A DNA stretch of 64,000 bases, taken from assembly GCF_009914755.1 (NCBI RefSeq), contig NC_060934.1; one strand, 5' to 3'. Position 1 is the first letter of the stretch. The number at the start of each line of letters is the position of its first letter. Made by a program: the position numbers and the translations under genes. Shown one piece after another: positions 17,054 through 32,923 of this stretch. Origin of the DNA: the human T2T-CHM13v2.0 reference genome, Homo sapiens. Below the pieces are notes generated by a model. That model worked only from the letters and a program-made list of their open reading frames with translations. It ran no database searches and had not been told where the DNA came from.

Positions 17054-18465
17054 TATTTCACAATAAATATATTTTATTTTATAATTAAAAATAAAATTAA
17101 AACCTTATGCTTTTTAAAATAAAAGAATAGTTAATGTTTGGAAAATCTAGCTAACAATGTGAGAAAAAATAGAATTAAATTTATACTTTATGTTTGTGCC
17201 AATATAAATTTCAGATACATTAGAGATTCAAATACAAAAATAATGAAACAATGAATAGTAGAAGAAAATATAGGCAAAATTATTTGTAATGCAAAGGTTG
17301 GTAGGGTAAATAAAATCCAGGAACAAAAACTATTATACATAAAAACCACCATGTACAAAATTGAAAGGCAACCAAAAAAAAACAGAAAAAAAATTACATT
17401 GTCAGAAAATAATGCAGTAAGCAAAAGACACATATCTATAGAGATAAATGGGGAAAGGATATGAGTAGGCAAGTCCCCAAAGAAGAAATAAAAATGGCCA
17501 ATAAATATATGGAAAAATTGTTCTTACAAGTAATTGAAAACACACAAAGTAATGATGATAGATGATTTTTCTTTTAAGAAATTGATAGAGAAGATATGGG
17601 AAAACAGCTACTGTCATCAGCTATTGGAAATGCAAACTGGCAGAACCTTTCTTGAGGATAACTGACAATTAATATGAACAAATTGGGGGTACTTTTAGCC
17701 CAATAATTTTAGCTATAGGAACTTATCATAACTATGTATAAAGATGTAGCTGAAAATGGGTTTATCATGGTATCATGTATAATTGTGAAAAATAAAAAAC
17801 AACCAGAGTCCCTCAAAATAGAGGTTTGCTGTAATAATTTTTAAGATTTTGGTGTATCTGGACAATGGCATATTATGTAATATTTAAAAGCAATGTAGAA
17901 TAATACATACATATAAAACTATATTTGACTTATTAAGTCAATCCCAATAAATAAAATCCCAAACAACTGGTTGTCCGCTAAAATGTTAACTGCTTATTTA
18001 GGGTGTTGAGATTATGGCTGCTATATGTTTATTTACTTGGCTTCTCTTAGCTTACTTTTCTAATCAGGTATTTTGTAATAAGACAAGAAAGCTATTTTAG
18101 TGATTGGTTTTAAGCAGTAACTTGGAATATATGCTTTAGTTCTAGCTAGTGATGCTCTGTCTTTACAGATTTACTGAGATGTTTGATGATTTTCCACCAA
18201 AAAAAAAAAAAAAAAATCTCTAGTGAAAGAAACTAAGGAGATGAGCAGGTGTAGTAAATTAGATTTATGGCCTGAAGTGAGAAACTAAAAAGACAGCTGA
18301 TGTTATCAGAAAAATTAGTGCTAAGAAACCCTCTTTTGTTTTATTATAGTTTTGAAGTTGAATTTACTAATACAGAATATGATAATACAGATAAGTTGAA
18401 TTTACTAATAGAGAATATAACAGTAATAAGGTCTGTGTTATTGTGGCTTTAAGTATTAGAATTGT

Positions 18466-18770
<305 letters not shown>

Positions 18771-19033
18771 TTACTGAGAGTTAAAAATAAGTACAATTGT
18801 GTCTAAATGCTTTTTGTTCTAGAAAAGTTAACTAAAATAACTATTGAAATATGAGTGAAATATTAGACTTGGGTTCATTTCAGTGTCCTTTCTTTAACAA
18901 AACAAAACACAACTTTGCCTATAGATAGATACATGAGAATTTTCTTTACAGAAAGCAGTTGGTTATTATAAATGATGACCGTTCAGGAGGGCAAGGAATC
19001 TTTAGAAAATATTTTATTAAAATTATCTCTGGT

Positions 19034-19340
19034 GGCCCGGCGCGGAGGCTTATGCCTGTAATCCCAGCACTGTGGGAGGCCGAGGTGGGCGGATCATGAG
19101 GTCAGGAGTTCAAGACCAGCCTGACCAACATGGTGAAACCCTGTCTCTACTAAAAATACAAAAATTAGCCGGGAGTGGTGGCACGCACCTGTAATCCCAG
19201 CTACTCAGGAGGCCGAGGCAGGAGAATCACTTGAACCTGGGAGGTGGAGGTTTCAGTGAGCCGAGATCACATCACTGCTCTCCAGCCTGGGCAACAGAGT
19301 GAGACTCTGTCTTGGAAAATAATAATAATAATAATAATAA
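19034..19340 (+). mobile_element. AluS with (AAT)n tail
   Basis: Full dimer. Confidence 0.92.
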
Positions 19341-19518
19341 TCTCTAGCATGCTTCTGTTGTCTTAATGCACCATTCATATTTTGTCTCTGTTTACCCAAA
19401 TTCTTTAGTGATAAAAGATTAGATTCAACTGACTTAATCAGATCAATCTATTTAATCTGATAGTAAGCCTAGATTTTTTTCCTTTTTGGTGACTTTTGTT
19501 TTTACTGTTTTTTTTAAG

Positions 19519-19725
19519 GTTATATTTGGGAATTTAAATATCTTTTTGTTCAGTGCAATTACACACTAGAAAACCTAGAATTGCATACAACGCCTTGGTC
19601 ATCCTGTGAGTGCTTGTTTGATGATGATATAAGGGCAATTACATTTAAAGCAAAATTTCAAAAAAGTGCACCCTCCTTTGTGAAGATATCAGACTTAGCA
19701 ACCCACCTAGAGGATAAGTGTTCAG
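19519..19725 (+). CDS. SHLD2: SHLD2 cassette exon (207 nt = 69 aa): (G)YIWEFKYLFVQCNYTLENLELHTTPWSSCECLFDDDIRAITFKAKFQKSAPSFVKISDLATHLEDKCS
   Basis: Acceptor tttttttaag| and donor cag|gtaaga. Symmetric phase 1-1. 69 aa equals the recalled difference between the 835-aa and 904-aa SHLD2 isoforms. Overlaps ORF 19581..19856. Confidence 0.9.
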
Positions 19726-19746
19726 GTAAGATCTTTATATACATAA

Positions 19747-20131
<385 letters not shown>

Positions 20132-21561
20132 TAATTCTATATAAAAGTGAAATATAAATCTTTGCAAATATCTGAACTAGATTCCAGTAGTTTTAGGAAC
20201 TATGTGCCAGGAACCAGGGACAAAGAGCAAATACCTATTTTTTATTATATGACAAGTGGGAGCAGAAATTCAGTTCCTTACTTTATCTTGGCCAAATGCC
20301 AGATTAAAATGTTACTAGTTGGGTTAATTCACATATATGTATAAATATGTTTTCCAATATATGATTGAAGGTTAGCATTGTTATATCATAAAACTATGCT
20401 AAGGAGAATACAGGCAGAAAACAAAGACAATACCTCTCAAAAAACCCAACTTTTAATTGAATACAGAGATTTCATTCTCAAAGAAGAGCTCCTTATTCCT
20501 AGTTCTACACTGAAACATTTACTAATACCAGCAGATAGTTTAAATTAATAATATTTCTGGAAGGTAAACACAGATGATAGAAAATTTATAAGCTTTTATA
20601 CTATAAAAATTTCATACTATTTTCAAAAATGGAAGTTGCCTATGGTCATAAAAGACTCTAGATTTATACTAACTGGTAAAATCTTGGTAATGTTATAGCA
20701 TCATGTAAGTTCCTAAGCCAGTTTTATATTTATGTGCCCCTCCCGTGCTCTGCTTCTCCAACTTCACAGACATATAGAGGTGGTCACCACAGGAAGGAAG
20801 GCCAGACACAGTTGAGGGGCTACATTACTTTGCAGAGACGTTTAGTTTGGTGCCATGGAGAAGTCAACTCTGTTATTTACTGCTTACACAAAACAGTTAT
20901 CTGCTGGGATTGAAGTCTAGAATTAGGTTTAAAAATAAAAATAAATAACATCATGGACAACAACAAAATAGGAGGCCACCACGCTGATGATGAAAGATTC
21001 TGAGGCTATAGCCCCACTTGTTTGAGGACGCAGCCAGGAATTGTGCATGTTCTTGGAAGTCCTGGAGGTGTGCTCCTCATTAGCAAGCCATGCCAAAACT
21101 GTGCCATTAAAATCAGTCCTTCAGAGGCTTTGTTCACAGAGGCCTGTTTAGCCTCTTTCATTCTCTTTATGTTCAGCTATGAGGGCTGAATTCATAGTTT
21201 CTGTCATAGTGTATGTGTTTTTAAGACAAAAATGGGGAGAGAATATGAAAACACAAGCAACTTTTCCCTAACCTATTTTATAGTTAAACAAAAGGAGAAA
21301 GAGAGATCAGCATGGGAGCATTTCCTAGAAGGGTCTGCTTGCTCAACAAAAGCCAGAGGGGGATGAGGCTAGGCCTGAGTCCTTGTAAAGAAATGAAGAC
21401 GCTTACCCAGTACCTCATCTTACCGCCAGCAGAATTTCAGTGCTCAGCCGGAGTGACCCCCTTGAAAGCAAAGTCCACATTCAGCATGACCTTTTAATTC
21501 TTTTCAAGAGTTGTGTAAATTTACAAAATGATAGGATTATGTGAACATTCTTTTAAAATTA

Positions 21562-21924
<363 letters not shown>

Positions 21925-22061
21925 TTAAAAACTAACTGTTGGGTACTCTGCCTACTACAGGAGACTCTACTTGGGTGATGATATGCCCATGTAACAAACC
22001 TGCACATCTACCCTCTGAATCTGAAATAAAAATCGAAATTTTTTTTTTTACATAATTTTTT

Positions 22062-22367
22062 AGGCCAGACACATTGGCTCAAGCCTGTAATCCCAGCATT
22101 CTGGGAGGCCAAGAAGAGTGGATCACTTGAGCCCAGGAGTTGGAGACCAGCCTGGTCAACATGGCAAATCCCCATCTCCACAAAAAAATACAAAAATTAG
22201 CCAGGTGTGGTGGTGTGTGCCTGTAGTCCCAGCTACTCAGGAAGCTGAGGTGGGAGGATCACTTGTGCCCAGGGAGGTTGAGACTGCAGTGAGTCAAGAT
22301 TGCACCACTGCACTCTAGCCTGGACGACAGAGTGAGACTGTCTCAAAACAAAAAAAAATAATAATAA
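22062..22367 (+). mobile_element. AluJ
   Basis: Full dimer. Confidence 0.9.
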
Positions 22368-22999
22368 TTTTGTAGTGATTTGACATGTCTTTGGAAAGAT
22401 GTGGTATTGAATCTTCTACAGTTTGTTACATATTCGATCGCTACACACTCCTGCTAACTCATGTAGGGATATGTGACACAATTGGAAGAGATGATGAAAC
22501 CATCTTTGGGCATTGAAAGACTAAAGCAAATGAAGTTAGGAACAGAAGACTCATCATTAACTGGACTCTGAAAGAGATAACCAGAAAACAGTAGGAGACT
22601 AGAGTGATTAGTTCTTGACCTGGAGTGTTCTTACTTCTAAGTGGATGAAGAAGAACAAATTTGAAGGCTTAAGGCTTAAAGAAGCCTTTAAATTGACTAT
22701 GGAGAAAGGGAGAATAATGCTCAGGAAAACTCATAGACCTCACCAGTACACAGTAAGACGAAAGTAAATTAGGAAAAAATAATGTCTGGGAGATAGTAGA
22801 TATTCAGTATTTGTTTACTGGTGAATGGATGAGCCATTAGCAGTGAATTATGAATATGCTTGAGGTTTCTTGTGAGTCACCTGAGAAACGATTAATAAAT
22901 GAGAACTTTTTATAACCCACACCCAGAGTATATAGATGATAATGGTGAGCGGAAAGTTGGAAAAAAGTTTAAAAGAGAACAGGCTATTGATATTTTTAG

Positions 23000-23330
<331 letters not shown>

Positions 23331-23704
23331 CCTATTTGGCTTTTCACTATGATCAGTTTAAGAGAAGACAGGGCAAGGAGAGAGGACATGTTAGCTAGTT
23401 TCAAGTATTCGAAGGGATTTCTTCTAAAGGAGGTATTGAACTTATTTTGCCTGATTCCAGAGGATGGGGAAGGAAGGAAACATCACATGTTCAGCCAAAT
23501 TAGCCAAGTAAACCTGCTCTCAGTTGCAGCCAGACATCCCTGCCCTTAGATTCTAGGAAAATAGTAAAGAAGACGAAGAACAAGACCTCAGTGTATCCTT
23601 TTACTACAAGTGACTGTAAATCAACTATAAAATTAGCCATGTTTGTAAATTAAAGTTATAATTTTGGCCCAATAATTTATAATATATCTGTTTGTTGTTT
23701 GTAG

Positions 23705-23933
23705 GAGTGGTTCTGATTAAAGCCCAGATTTCAGAGCTGGCATTTCCTATTACAGCATCTCAGAAGATAGCGCTAAATGCTCACAGTTCTCTGAAGAGTA
23801 TTTTTTCTTCTCTTCCCAACATCGTATATACTGGCTGTGCAAAATGTGGATTGGAACTAGAAACAGATGAGAACAGGATCTACAAACAATGTTTTAGCTG
23901 CTTGCCATTTACTATGAAGAAAATATATTATAG
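23705..23933 (+). CDS. SHLD2: SHLD2 coding exon (229 nt) with CAKC...CFSC motif: [75 protein letters not shown]
   Basis: Acceptor tttgtag| and donor tag|gtaagg. Lies within ORF 23692..23937. Confidence 0.93.
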
Positions 23934-24728
23934 GTAAGGCAACTAAGCAAGCCAATTTGATGGAAAATTATTATTATAGATCTGGAAAAATTAGTCTGTA
24001 AACCCTTACTTTCTAAAAATAATTAACTAGAGCTAGTCGAAGAGAATAAAATTTTCCGAGTGATAGATAGCTATTTATGGAAGCAAAAATTACCCAGGAA
24101 TCGTTATAGGAATTTCTTAAAGATAGGAATTTCTTAAAGCAGTAATTGGGAGATTTTATTGTCTTCAAACAGCTGTACCAAAGAAACATTTTCCTTGGTT
24201 TACTTTTTAACCAAAATCTAAATGCTCATAAATAACTCATTTTCCCACCTTAACATAGAATTTAAGGGCTAAAAGTATCATATGATCTCACCTCTGAGTT
24301 GTTGTGGAAGCTAGTAAGACATTTAAGGTGTTTTCCCACCTTTACCTTAGAAATTAAAGCTAGCAAATAAATGTTGTATGGTAAAACTGCTAATCAGCTC
24401 AGTGAAAAACACATTGTTTTTTGAATAATAGGTAGTCAAAAGCTCAGATATTTTTCTCTTTACCTCATAAATTACATGTGTTTACAAAATAGCACTCAGT
24501 GTTTTATGCTCCTTATGATTATTTCTAAATATTGCGGTATCTAAAAACCAAATTCAGATATATTCCACATGTTATCATGGCATACTTCAAGAAAAGTTAT
24601 AGAAGCTTAATTTGTAAACCTTATTTCTCTTTACAGATATTATATTTGTTATAAATAAGTGAATAAATTTTGCTATTACTGTGAAAGTTGCTTTTGTGGA
24701 AAAGAAGATTGAATTAAGATGTATGGTA

Positions 24729-25030
24729 GGCTGGGTGTGGTGGCTCACGCATGTAATCCCAGCACTTTGGGAGGCCGGGGTGGGGGGATCGCTTGAGCCC
24801 AGGGGTTCAAGACCAGCCTGGGAAACATAGGGAAACCCCATCTCTACCAAAAAAAAAAAAAAAAAATGCTGGGCAGGTGACATAGGCCTGTAGTCCCAGC
24901 TACTTGGGAGGCTGAGGCGGGAGGATTGTTTGAGCCCAGGAGATCGATTGTTACAGTGAGCTATGTTTGCACCACTGCACTCTAGCTTGTGCAACAGAGT
25001 GAGACCCTGTCTCAAAATCAAAACAAAAAA
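24729..25030 (+). mobile_element. AluJ
   Basis: Full dimer. Confidence 0.9.
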
Positions 25031-25397
25031 TGCATGGTATGTAACAAACAACATTGATTTATTAATAGTTAAGGCCCCTCAAAAGTATGTATAGGTGACT
25101 TATTTATGTCATTCCAAATGTTTCTATTCAATATAAGCATTTATTGGACAAAAATGTTGCTCAATACTATTCCTTATGGGGAGGAGGGCCTTTGAATCTT
25201 TAGTTTACAAAATGACTGTTCAAGAGAAGGACTTCACAGATCAGTATCACCTGATTATGGCATAACTAGTATGAGGTATTTAAGATCTCTTCCTAAACTA
25301 TACCACATTAAAGATGTAGTGCTAGTTTGTTGTCTTACTAGAATGTTGAATGGTCATGTTAAGGCAAGAATTATTATTTTTTATTTATTTACAAGCC

Positions 25398-25705
<308 letters not shown>

Positions 25706-26339
25706 TAAATTGTTATTAGAGTCCAGATTATATGGTTTCCTTGAAAAGAAAATATTGAAATTAACAAACTCCCTTCAAGTTATCAAGTATGTGACTCCAA
25801 AATCATCTACATAAATCAATCAGCAAACTGAATAAGAGAAAACTCTCATTGATTATTTTTCTAAGACTCAGTCAAATATTTATTAGGAATCCACGTATGT
25901 TCACATATCACATATGTACTGTGGATGTTATACTAGTTGACCTAAGTAGACTTATTGTGCCCAAGAAGCTTGGTAGTCCATTTAAGAAACACTTAATGAA
26001 CATTTGTGTGGCATAACAGTCCCAGACTATGAGTGGGTTGATCATATTTTACATTGGTTGTAACTTGGAGCTGATTTTCCAATGGAAGCAACATTAGATA
26101 TTGCATTGGAGTCTCATACGAGGCCACAGACATTTATTAAATTAACATGTAGATAGCATAGTTCCTGTTCTTCAAGCTATCATAAAACTCAAATACCATT
26201 TTTAACAATGTTTCTACAGAATATTCAGATTTACATTTTTGGAATACAAGAAATACATTTATTTTTCTGTACTAGAAGCAAAAAACCCCAGCAGGTCAAA
26301 CCACAATTAAGGCTCCTATTTAGGCAGCACTAGGAAATG

Positions 26340-26640
26340 TTTGGGTCTCTCAAGAGGTTATAGTCAAGGTGTAGGCTGGGGCTGCAGTCATCTGAAGGCT
26401 TGACTGGGGCTGGAGGATTCATTTCCAAAGTGGCTCATTCATATGGCTGGCAAGTTGAGTTCCTCTTCACTTGGGTGTCTCCACGGGCTGCCTGAATGTT
26501 CTCACAAAGTGGCAGCTCATTTCCTCAGAGCAGGAAAGGCAAGAAAGAGAGTTCCAGGTGGAAGCCAGCCTTTTTGTGACCTAGACTCAGAAGTCATGTG
26601 GCATCACTTCTACCAAATTCTGTTCATCAGAAGTGAGTTA
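26340..26640 (-). mobile_element. MaLR MLT1-type LTR fragment
   Basis: gctgcagtcatctgaaggcttgactggggctggagga...atggctggcaagttg. Confidence 0.7.
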
Positions 26641-26649
26641 GCTGTGCGT

Positions 26650-28480
26650 TGGAGAGTGGATTAGAATGAAGCTAGTGCAGAGAAGCGGTAAGAGGCTGTT
26701 GCCTTATTTTGGAGGGGAGATGATGGTGGCTTGACTAGAGAGGAAGTGGTAGGAATAAAAAGAAGTGGACAGATTTGAGAATGGTCGGAAAATAGTTTGC
26801 AAGATGTAGTGATTGGTAGGTAAAGAGAGAGCACAGGTACATTGCAAATCATTGACAGTTGGGTGAACAATAAGATTATTTATTAAAACAAGTAACCTTG
26901 GGAGAAATGTTGATCATATTGAGCTTGAGTTCCTGAGAGGTAACAAGTTGGAAAGTGGTTAGATGTAAAGAAATGCAATTTGCAAGAGAAGTCTGGGCTA
27001 GGCTTATAAGGTTATTTGTGGTAATTGAACTTTTGCTTGGTTTCTGCACCCTGTTTTGTTTTTCCTTCTTAATCTTCAGTGATTACCTCTCATAATGGAT
27101 TATTCTCACTAGCCTATAAAGACACTCCCATATTTCTCTTATTAAAAAACAAACAAAATCATCCATTAACATTACATCTCCCTCTTGTCCCTTCGTTTTT
27201 CTATTCTGTTTTATACCCAGCCAAACTTTGTTAAAGAGTTTTAAATATACTCTCTCTCCCCTATTATGTCTTCAGTTTCACTTCAGTTATTCCATTCTAC
27301 TCCTACCATGCTGCAGAAGCTGCTTTTGTCAAAGTTACACTTTTGATGTTGCCTGAGGCATGGATACTTCTTTCCTCACTCTAACTGCTCTCAGTTATAT
27401 TCAGCATGTCAGTCCACTTCCTCCTTCTTGAAACAGCCTCCTCCTTGCTTTCTAACCTGTCTCTCAGGCCCTTCTTTCTCAGCCTCTTCTACCCCCTCTT
27501 TAAATGCTGGGGTTAATCTTGAGCTCTCGTCTGCGTCCTTCCTCTTATTCTTTCTGTACATTCTGCCTGGATGATCACAGCTGTTTTCGTATTTGTACTT
27601 AACATCTTCACCCTGATTTTCTCCTCCAGGCTCCAGTAGTCAGGTATCAAATTCTTTGCTTGACGTCCATCTCACATTTAAACATACCCACAATAGACTC
27701 TTGTTTTTCCTAACCACACTCAAATCTAGTTCTCTTCATTTTTATACTTTCTGGAAAATGGCACACCATCTACCCAATTATTTAGGCTGGAAACCTGGGC
27801 ACAATCGTCGCATCATTTTCTCTTCCCTACCTCCCCTATCTAATCTATTAGCAAGTCCTAGGAATTTTCATTCAGAACTATATCACAAATTCATCCACTT
27901 TTTTCCATCTCCACTGCTAACATCTTAGTCCAGTGTATCTCAGCAGGGGCATTGTTGACATTTTTCTCAGGACAGTTTCTCATTATGTACCATATCCCAC
28001 ATGCTGCGGGGCATGTGGCATCCCTGTTTACCTTCCCCTAGCTGAACCTCAATTACTGTGAAACCAAAATGGAAAGTCAGTGCCTGCTGGTCTGGAATCA
28101 CTCAGGCCTCATCTGAGTCCCTACGACCTGTTGCGCAAACCAGCACACCAGCAGTCTCTTGGTGGGGCTCCTCCTGGCCTTGCCTCCTCCCCTTTATTCT
28201 CCACCCATTGGCAGTGTGATTACCCTTTGCCTTTGCTTCACCCATCAGTCGTCTCCTTATGCTTGTTTCCTCTGCAGTCTCATCTGCTGCCACTCCCCTG
28301 TCGTCCAGCACTCTAGCCACGTGGCCTTCTTTCAGTTCTTCATTTTGATTTTTCTCCTTAGGATGTTCTCGAATGTCTTCCTTCTGTCTGACTCCACAAG
28401 GCTGGTTTCTTCATGTCTTAGATTAAATGCTGCTTTATCAGAGAGGCCTTTCCTAACCACTCTTCTTTATTTTCTGTTAT
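26650..28480. mobile_element. L2 fragments in both orientations, with a MER20-like insert at ~27931-28100
   Basis: L2 motifs (gatggtggcttgactag, tcctccttcttgaaac, gagaggcctttcctaacc). Confidence 0.55.
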
Positions 28481-28534
28481 AGTAGCCTGGGTGTGCTTAC
28501 TGTAATTTGTAGTTGCATACTGTCTTTTCTAGAA

Positions 28535-29490
28535 AACATTTTTACTGAAGTTAAAATTCATATACCATCAAATTAATCTTCTGAAATGTACAATTCAATG
28601 GCTGTAGTATATTCCCAGGGCTGTGTAGCTATCACCACAACCAGTTAGGACATTTTCGTCACCCAGCCCTTTACAAAGCCTCATACTCATTAGCAGTCAC
28701 TCTCCATTCCCCATGCCCCTCAACCTATGGCAACTACGAATCTGCTTTCGGTCTCTATAGATTTGCCTGTTCTAGATATTTTATATAAATATTATATAAT
28801 ATGTGATCTTTTGTGACTGGCTTCACTTAGCATGATGTTTTCAAGGTCCATCCATGTTGTAGCATGTATCACTACTTCCTTTTTATTGCAAAATAATATT
28901 GTATTGTATGCATATACCACATTTTATTTATCCATTCATCAGTTGATGGACAATTGGGTTGTTTCTACTCTTTGGCTATTATGAATGATGCTGCTGTGAA
29001 CATTTGTGTACAAGTTTTTGTGTGGATATGTGTGTTCATTTCTCTTGGGTATATATTTAGGAGTGGTGGAATTGCTGGGTCATATGGTAACTGTCTGTTT
29101 AACCTTTTGAGGACTACCAGGCTGTTTTCCAAAATTGCTGCACAATTTTACATTCTCATCAGCAATATGAGGGTTGTAATTTCCCCATATTCTTGCCAGT
29201 ACTTCTTATTCCGTATTTCTTTTTGTTGCATGTGCTTTCGGGTCGTATCTAAGAAAGGTGTCATTTCTAAGCCAAGGTTATGGAGATTTGCTCCCGTATT
29301 TTCTTCTAAGAGTTTAGTAGTTTTACCTCCTACATTTAGGTTTATTATCTACTTTGAGTTAAGTTTTGTATGTGGGATAAGGAAGGGGTGTAATTTTATT
29401 TTTTGGCATGTGGATATCTAGTTGTCCCAGCGTGAATTTTTGAAAAGACTGTTCCATCCCTGTTTAGTCATCTTGGCACCACTGTTGAAA
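28535..29490 (-). mobile_element. L1MB-like 3' fragment
   Basis: tccattcatcagttgatggaca, ggaattgctgggtcatatggtaact, ttgtcccagc. Confidence 0.85.
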
Positions 29491-30708
29491 AGCTTATTTT
29501 CTTTCTTCTTCTTTTTGTAGAGATGAGGTCTCATTGTGTTGCCCAGGCTGGTCTCAAACTCCTGGCCTCAAGCAGTCCTCCTCACCTTGGCATCCCAAAG
29601 CGCTGGGATTACAGGCATGAGCCACCGCGCATGCCCAATTTCTTCCTATCCCTCTACAGTTTTACGTTCCTTGAGTGACGGAACCAGATTTGTCTTTTTC
29701 ACTAGTGGGTACCCAGCACTTACCACAGTCCATGATAGATACTCAGTTTATATTTGTTGAAATAAATAATGGAGGGAGAGAGAGGCTGAGGAAAGAGTGT
29801 AGAGTGAAAAGAGGAAGGAACATAGAGTCATCGTGTGAATAAAGGGGGAAGTGGGTTTTTAGGGGGAAAATCAGTAGTTATGTTTTAGCTCTGTCACATT
29901 AAATTCCCCCGCTAATGAGCCTGTTTCTGAATTCTGTTCTCAATTTATTTTTTAAAAATCAATGTAGTTATAAAATAGGTACCACATGCCATGATTAAAA
30001 TGCACACTACATAGGAGGTTACAAAACAAAGAGTGAAAGTCTCCTTCACCATCCAACCCTCTCTCACCAGTGCTGCTTCCATTGCTGGTGAGAAGGTTTT
30101 TTGTATGTCCTTCCAGTGATTTATTATGTTCATCCCAGCACATGTGTATCCCTTTCTTTAGAAGCATGTGGACAGAAGAATATTGTTCATGTTGTTGTTC
30201 CCTAGAGTCTATCCTGGTGCTCCTTCCCTAATAGCACTTGCAAATGTTCTTCATTCTATCAGCTACATAGCATTAAGATGTAGGATGCACTGAAAATTGT
30301 TAATCCAGTTCCCTGTTTATTGATATGCAAAACAGTTTATTTCTGATAGGAAAGAATTCAGTTGAAAAAAGTAACTTGAAATTGTGATTGTGAAATATGT
30401 GATTATTATTTTTATTTTCATTTCTAAAAATAATTTATAAAACAGTTTAATATATTTTTATATTAGTATCTGAAATTTAAAAATGGATATAGAATAAATA
30501 AAATGTAGTAATTTATCATTTGAAGCTCTTGGGGAAAAAAAAAAACCTTTTTTTCCTTCTAGGATGTCACAGAACATCCTAGAGTTGTTTTAGGCATTCA
30601 AATTAATCCTGCATAAAAACCAAGTGCTTTTTGGAATTATTTTTCATTTAAGCATTTCTTTTATCTGAAAATCTTTTTGAAGGTCGTGTGTTGTTTACTC
30701 TTTTGTAG

Positions 30709-30824
30709 GCCAGCGTTAATGACTGCCATTGATGGAAGACATGATGTTTGTATCCGTGTAGAATCAAAGCTGATAGAGAAGATTCTTCTCAACATTTCTG
30801 CAGACTGCCTCAACAGAGTGATAG
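30709..30824 (+). CDS. SHLD2: SHLD2 penultimate coding exon (116 nt): (R)[38 protein letters not shown]
   Basis: Acceptor cttttgtag| and donor tag|gtaata. 229+116 nt restores phase 1. Lies within ORF 30677..30913. Confidence 0.93.
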
Positions 30825-31319
30825 GTAATATATCAGTGTGCCATCAAGAAGTTGTTTTATTCAGGAGTATAAATGGTATATCGGAACAGAAAGAGCACTG
30901 TACTTTAAATTAAGAGCTTTTCTGTCCATATGAAAACCGAAGGATAATTTAGCTTAAGTGAAATATAAGCCTATGTAAGTTAGAAGGTTGACTTGCTTTA
31001 CACCTGTTAGTACATGAACAGCGGGAGGCACCTAATTTCTTCTTAACCTACATTTCCTGTTGGTAAGCAAAAACTATTTTACTTAACTCTAGTTTTATAA
31101 GAGTGAAGTCAATGAGTGTGTGACATAATATATATGAAGATAGTCCACTGTCAGTGGAATGGATTTGCAAGATCTTCAACCGTGATGTCTTAGTTGTCAG
31201 TGGCTAAGAATAAAGCAAAGATAATATATTTGTCAGGTATTCAAACTCCATTCCTGTTCTCATTAGCCTCAGATCCTCTAAGCTGATGAGCTAATCTGGT
31301 TCCGTGATTGCTTTATCTT

Positions 31320-32520
31320 TCAATAGTAGATTGTTTTTCGTGTATTTTTTTAGTTGGGGGTGTCTAGTAATTTTGGGTTGAATGCTGAACATTGCATATA
31401 TTAAGTAGAACAGTACAAACTGAGGTAAATAGTATTTGTACCTGGAAACAGGCATGCCTCTCGGTCCTTTACTGGAGGTGAGGGGTGAGCAGGATGGTCA
31501 GTCTTGTCATAAGTTGAGTTGGATTCAGGTTTTGTTGTTTCTCTGGTTACCTTCAGGTCACCACTGGTTTCAAATTATCTTGTGCTTATGGTGGGAAGTG
31601 GTTCCCCAGTATTCCTGCTCCACCATCAGCATAGCCCTCCACTCTGCACCTGGGCCTCAGAGAAAGTTTCTTTCCACGTTCTTGCACCTCCCCAAGTTGC
31701 ACAAGCTTTTGTTGGTTGTTATTTGGTGCATCCTAACCTGGTGGGCGGGAGCAGGGTTGTTCCTCTTTGATTCTGGTCCAGCCCCAGTCTTATACAGGAT
31801 GTTGAATATGGCGCTTTCTTGGTAGCCCTGTCCCTTATGTGGCATGGCAGCTGAGCTCTGTCTTGTGCCTTTAGTGGGTCTTGCGTGGTCCTGGCCCTGC
31901 CCCAGCAGTAGCGGACCACTAATGGTCTTGACCCAGGGTGGTTTTTCAGTCCTCCCCCAGGATGGAGGGGTTTTTTTTCTTTTTTCTTTCCCCCATCTGT
32001 ACTGGTTCCTCACCTGTACCCTGGGGCAACAGGATTTGGTGTCCCTCCTCCAGCAGTTGAAGGCTTTTGTTCCTTAAAGGGGAGGCCAGATGGTGCTTTG
32101 TGTTTTGTAGTTGGAAGCTTTCTCTGATGTCTTGCCCTGCCCCCAGTCTTATGAGCACCTGGTGGAGGTGAGACTACTATGTGGAAGAGCCTGTGAGGAT
32201 GCAGATGTTCCTTATGTTGCTGACACTGGCAGTTCATTGGCTTTTTGCAATTAATTTATTAATAAAAATTAATCACATTCTTCTTTCCTGCCTGTATGGA
32301 GGACCTGTCTTCTTCCCAAGGCCTGCCCCAAGGGAAACTGTGCTCCTGTTCCATCTCCCTGGAGGCACCTGTCTCCTTATGTTTCAGTCTTTTTGGCTGT
32401 TTTACAACCTTGGTTCTCATGTGTATTCAAGAAAATGATGATTTGATATTTATTCAATTTTTTCCAGTAACTGTTAGGGTAGGAGCCACTTTTTCCAGCT
32501 TTCTACATCTTAATTAGAAG
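31320..32520 (-). mobile_element. Probable ancient L1M 5'-region fragment
   Basis: Diverged L1M 5'UTR-like motifs ending ...ctttctacatcttaattagaag. Confidence 0.45.
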
Positions 32521-32624
32521 CCTCTCTCCGTTTTTTTCCCCCATTTTCTTTATTTCATTTTTATTCTTTTGGCTATTTTCATTCCTTTTCTTAATGTTAC
32601 TTATATATTTTCAGTGTAATCTCT

Positions 32625-32923
<299 letters not shown>

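Noticed and set aside
28954-29421. 155-aa ORF
   Set aside because: Antisense L1 3'/ORF2 remnant.
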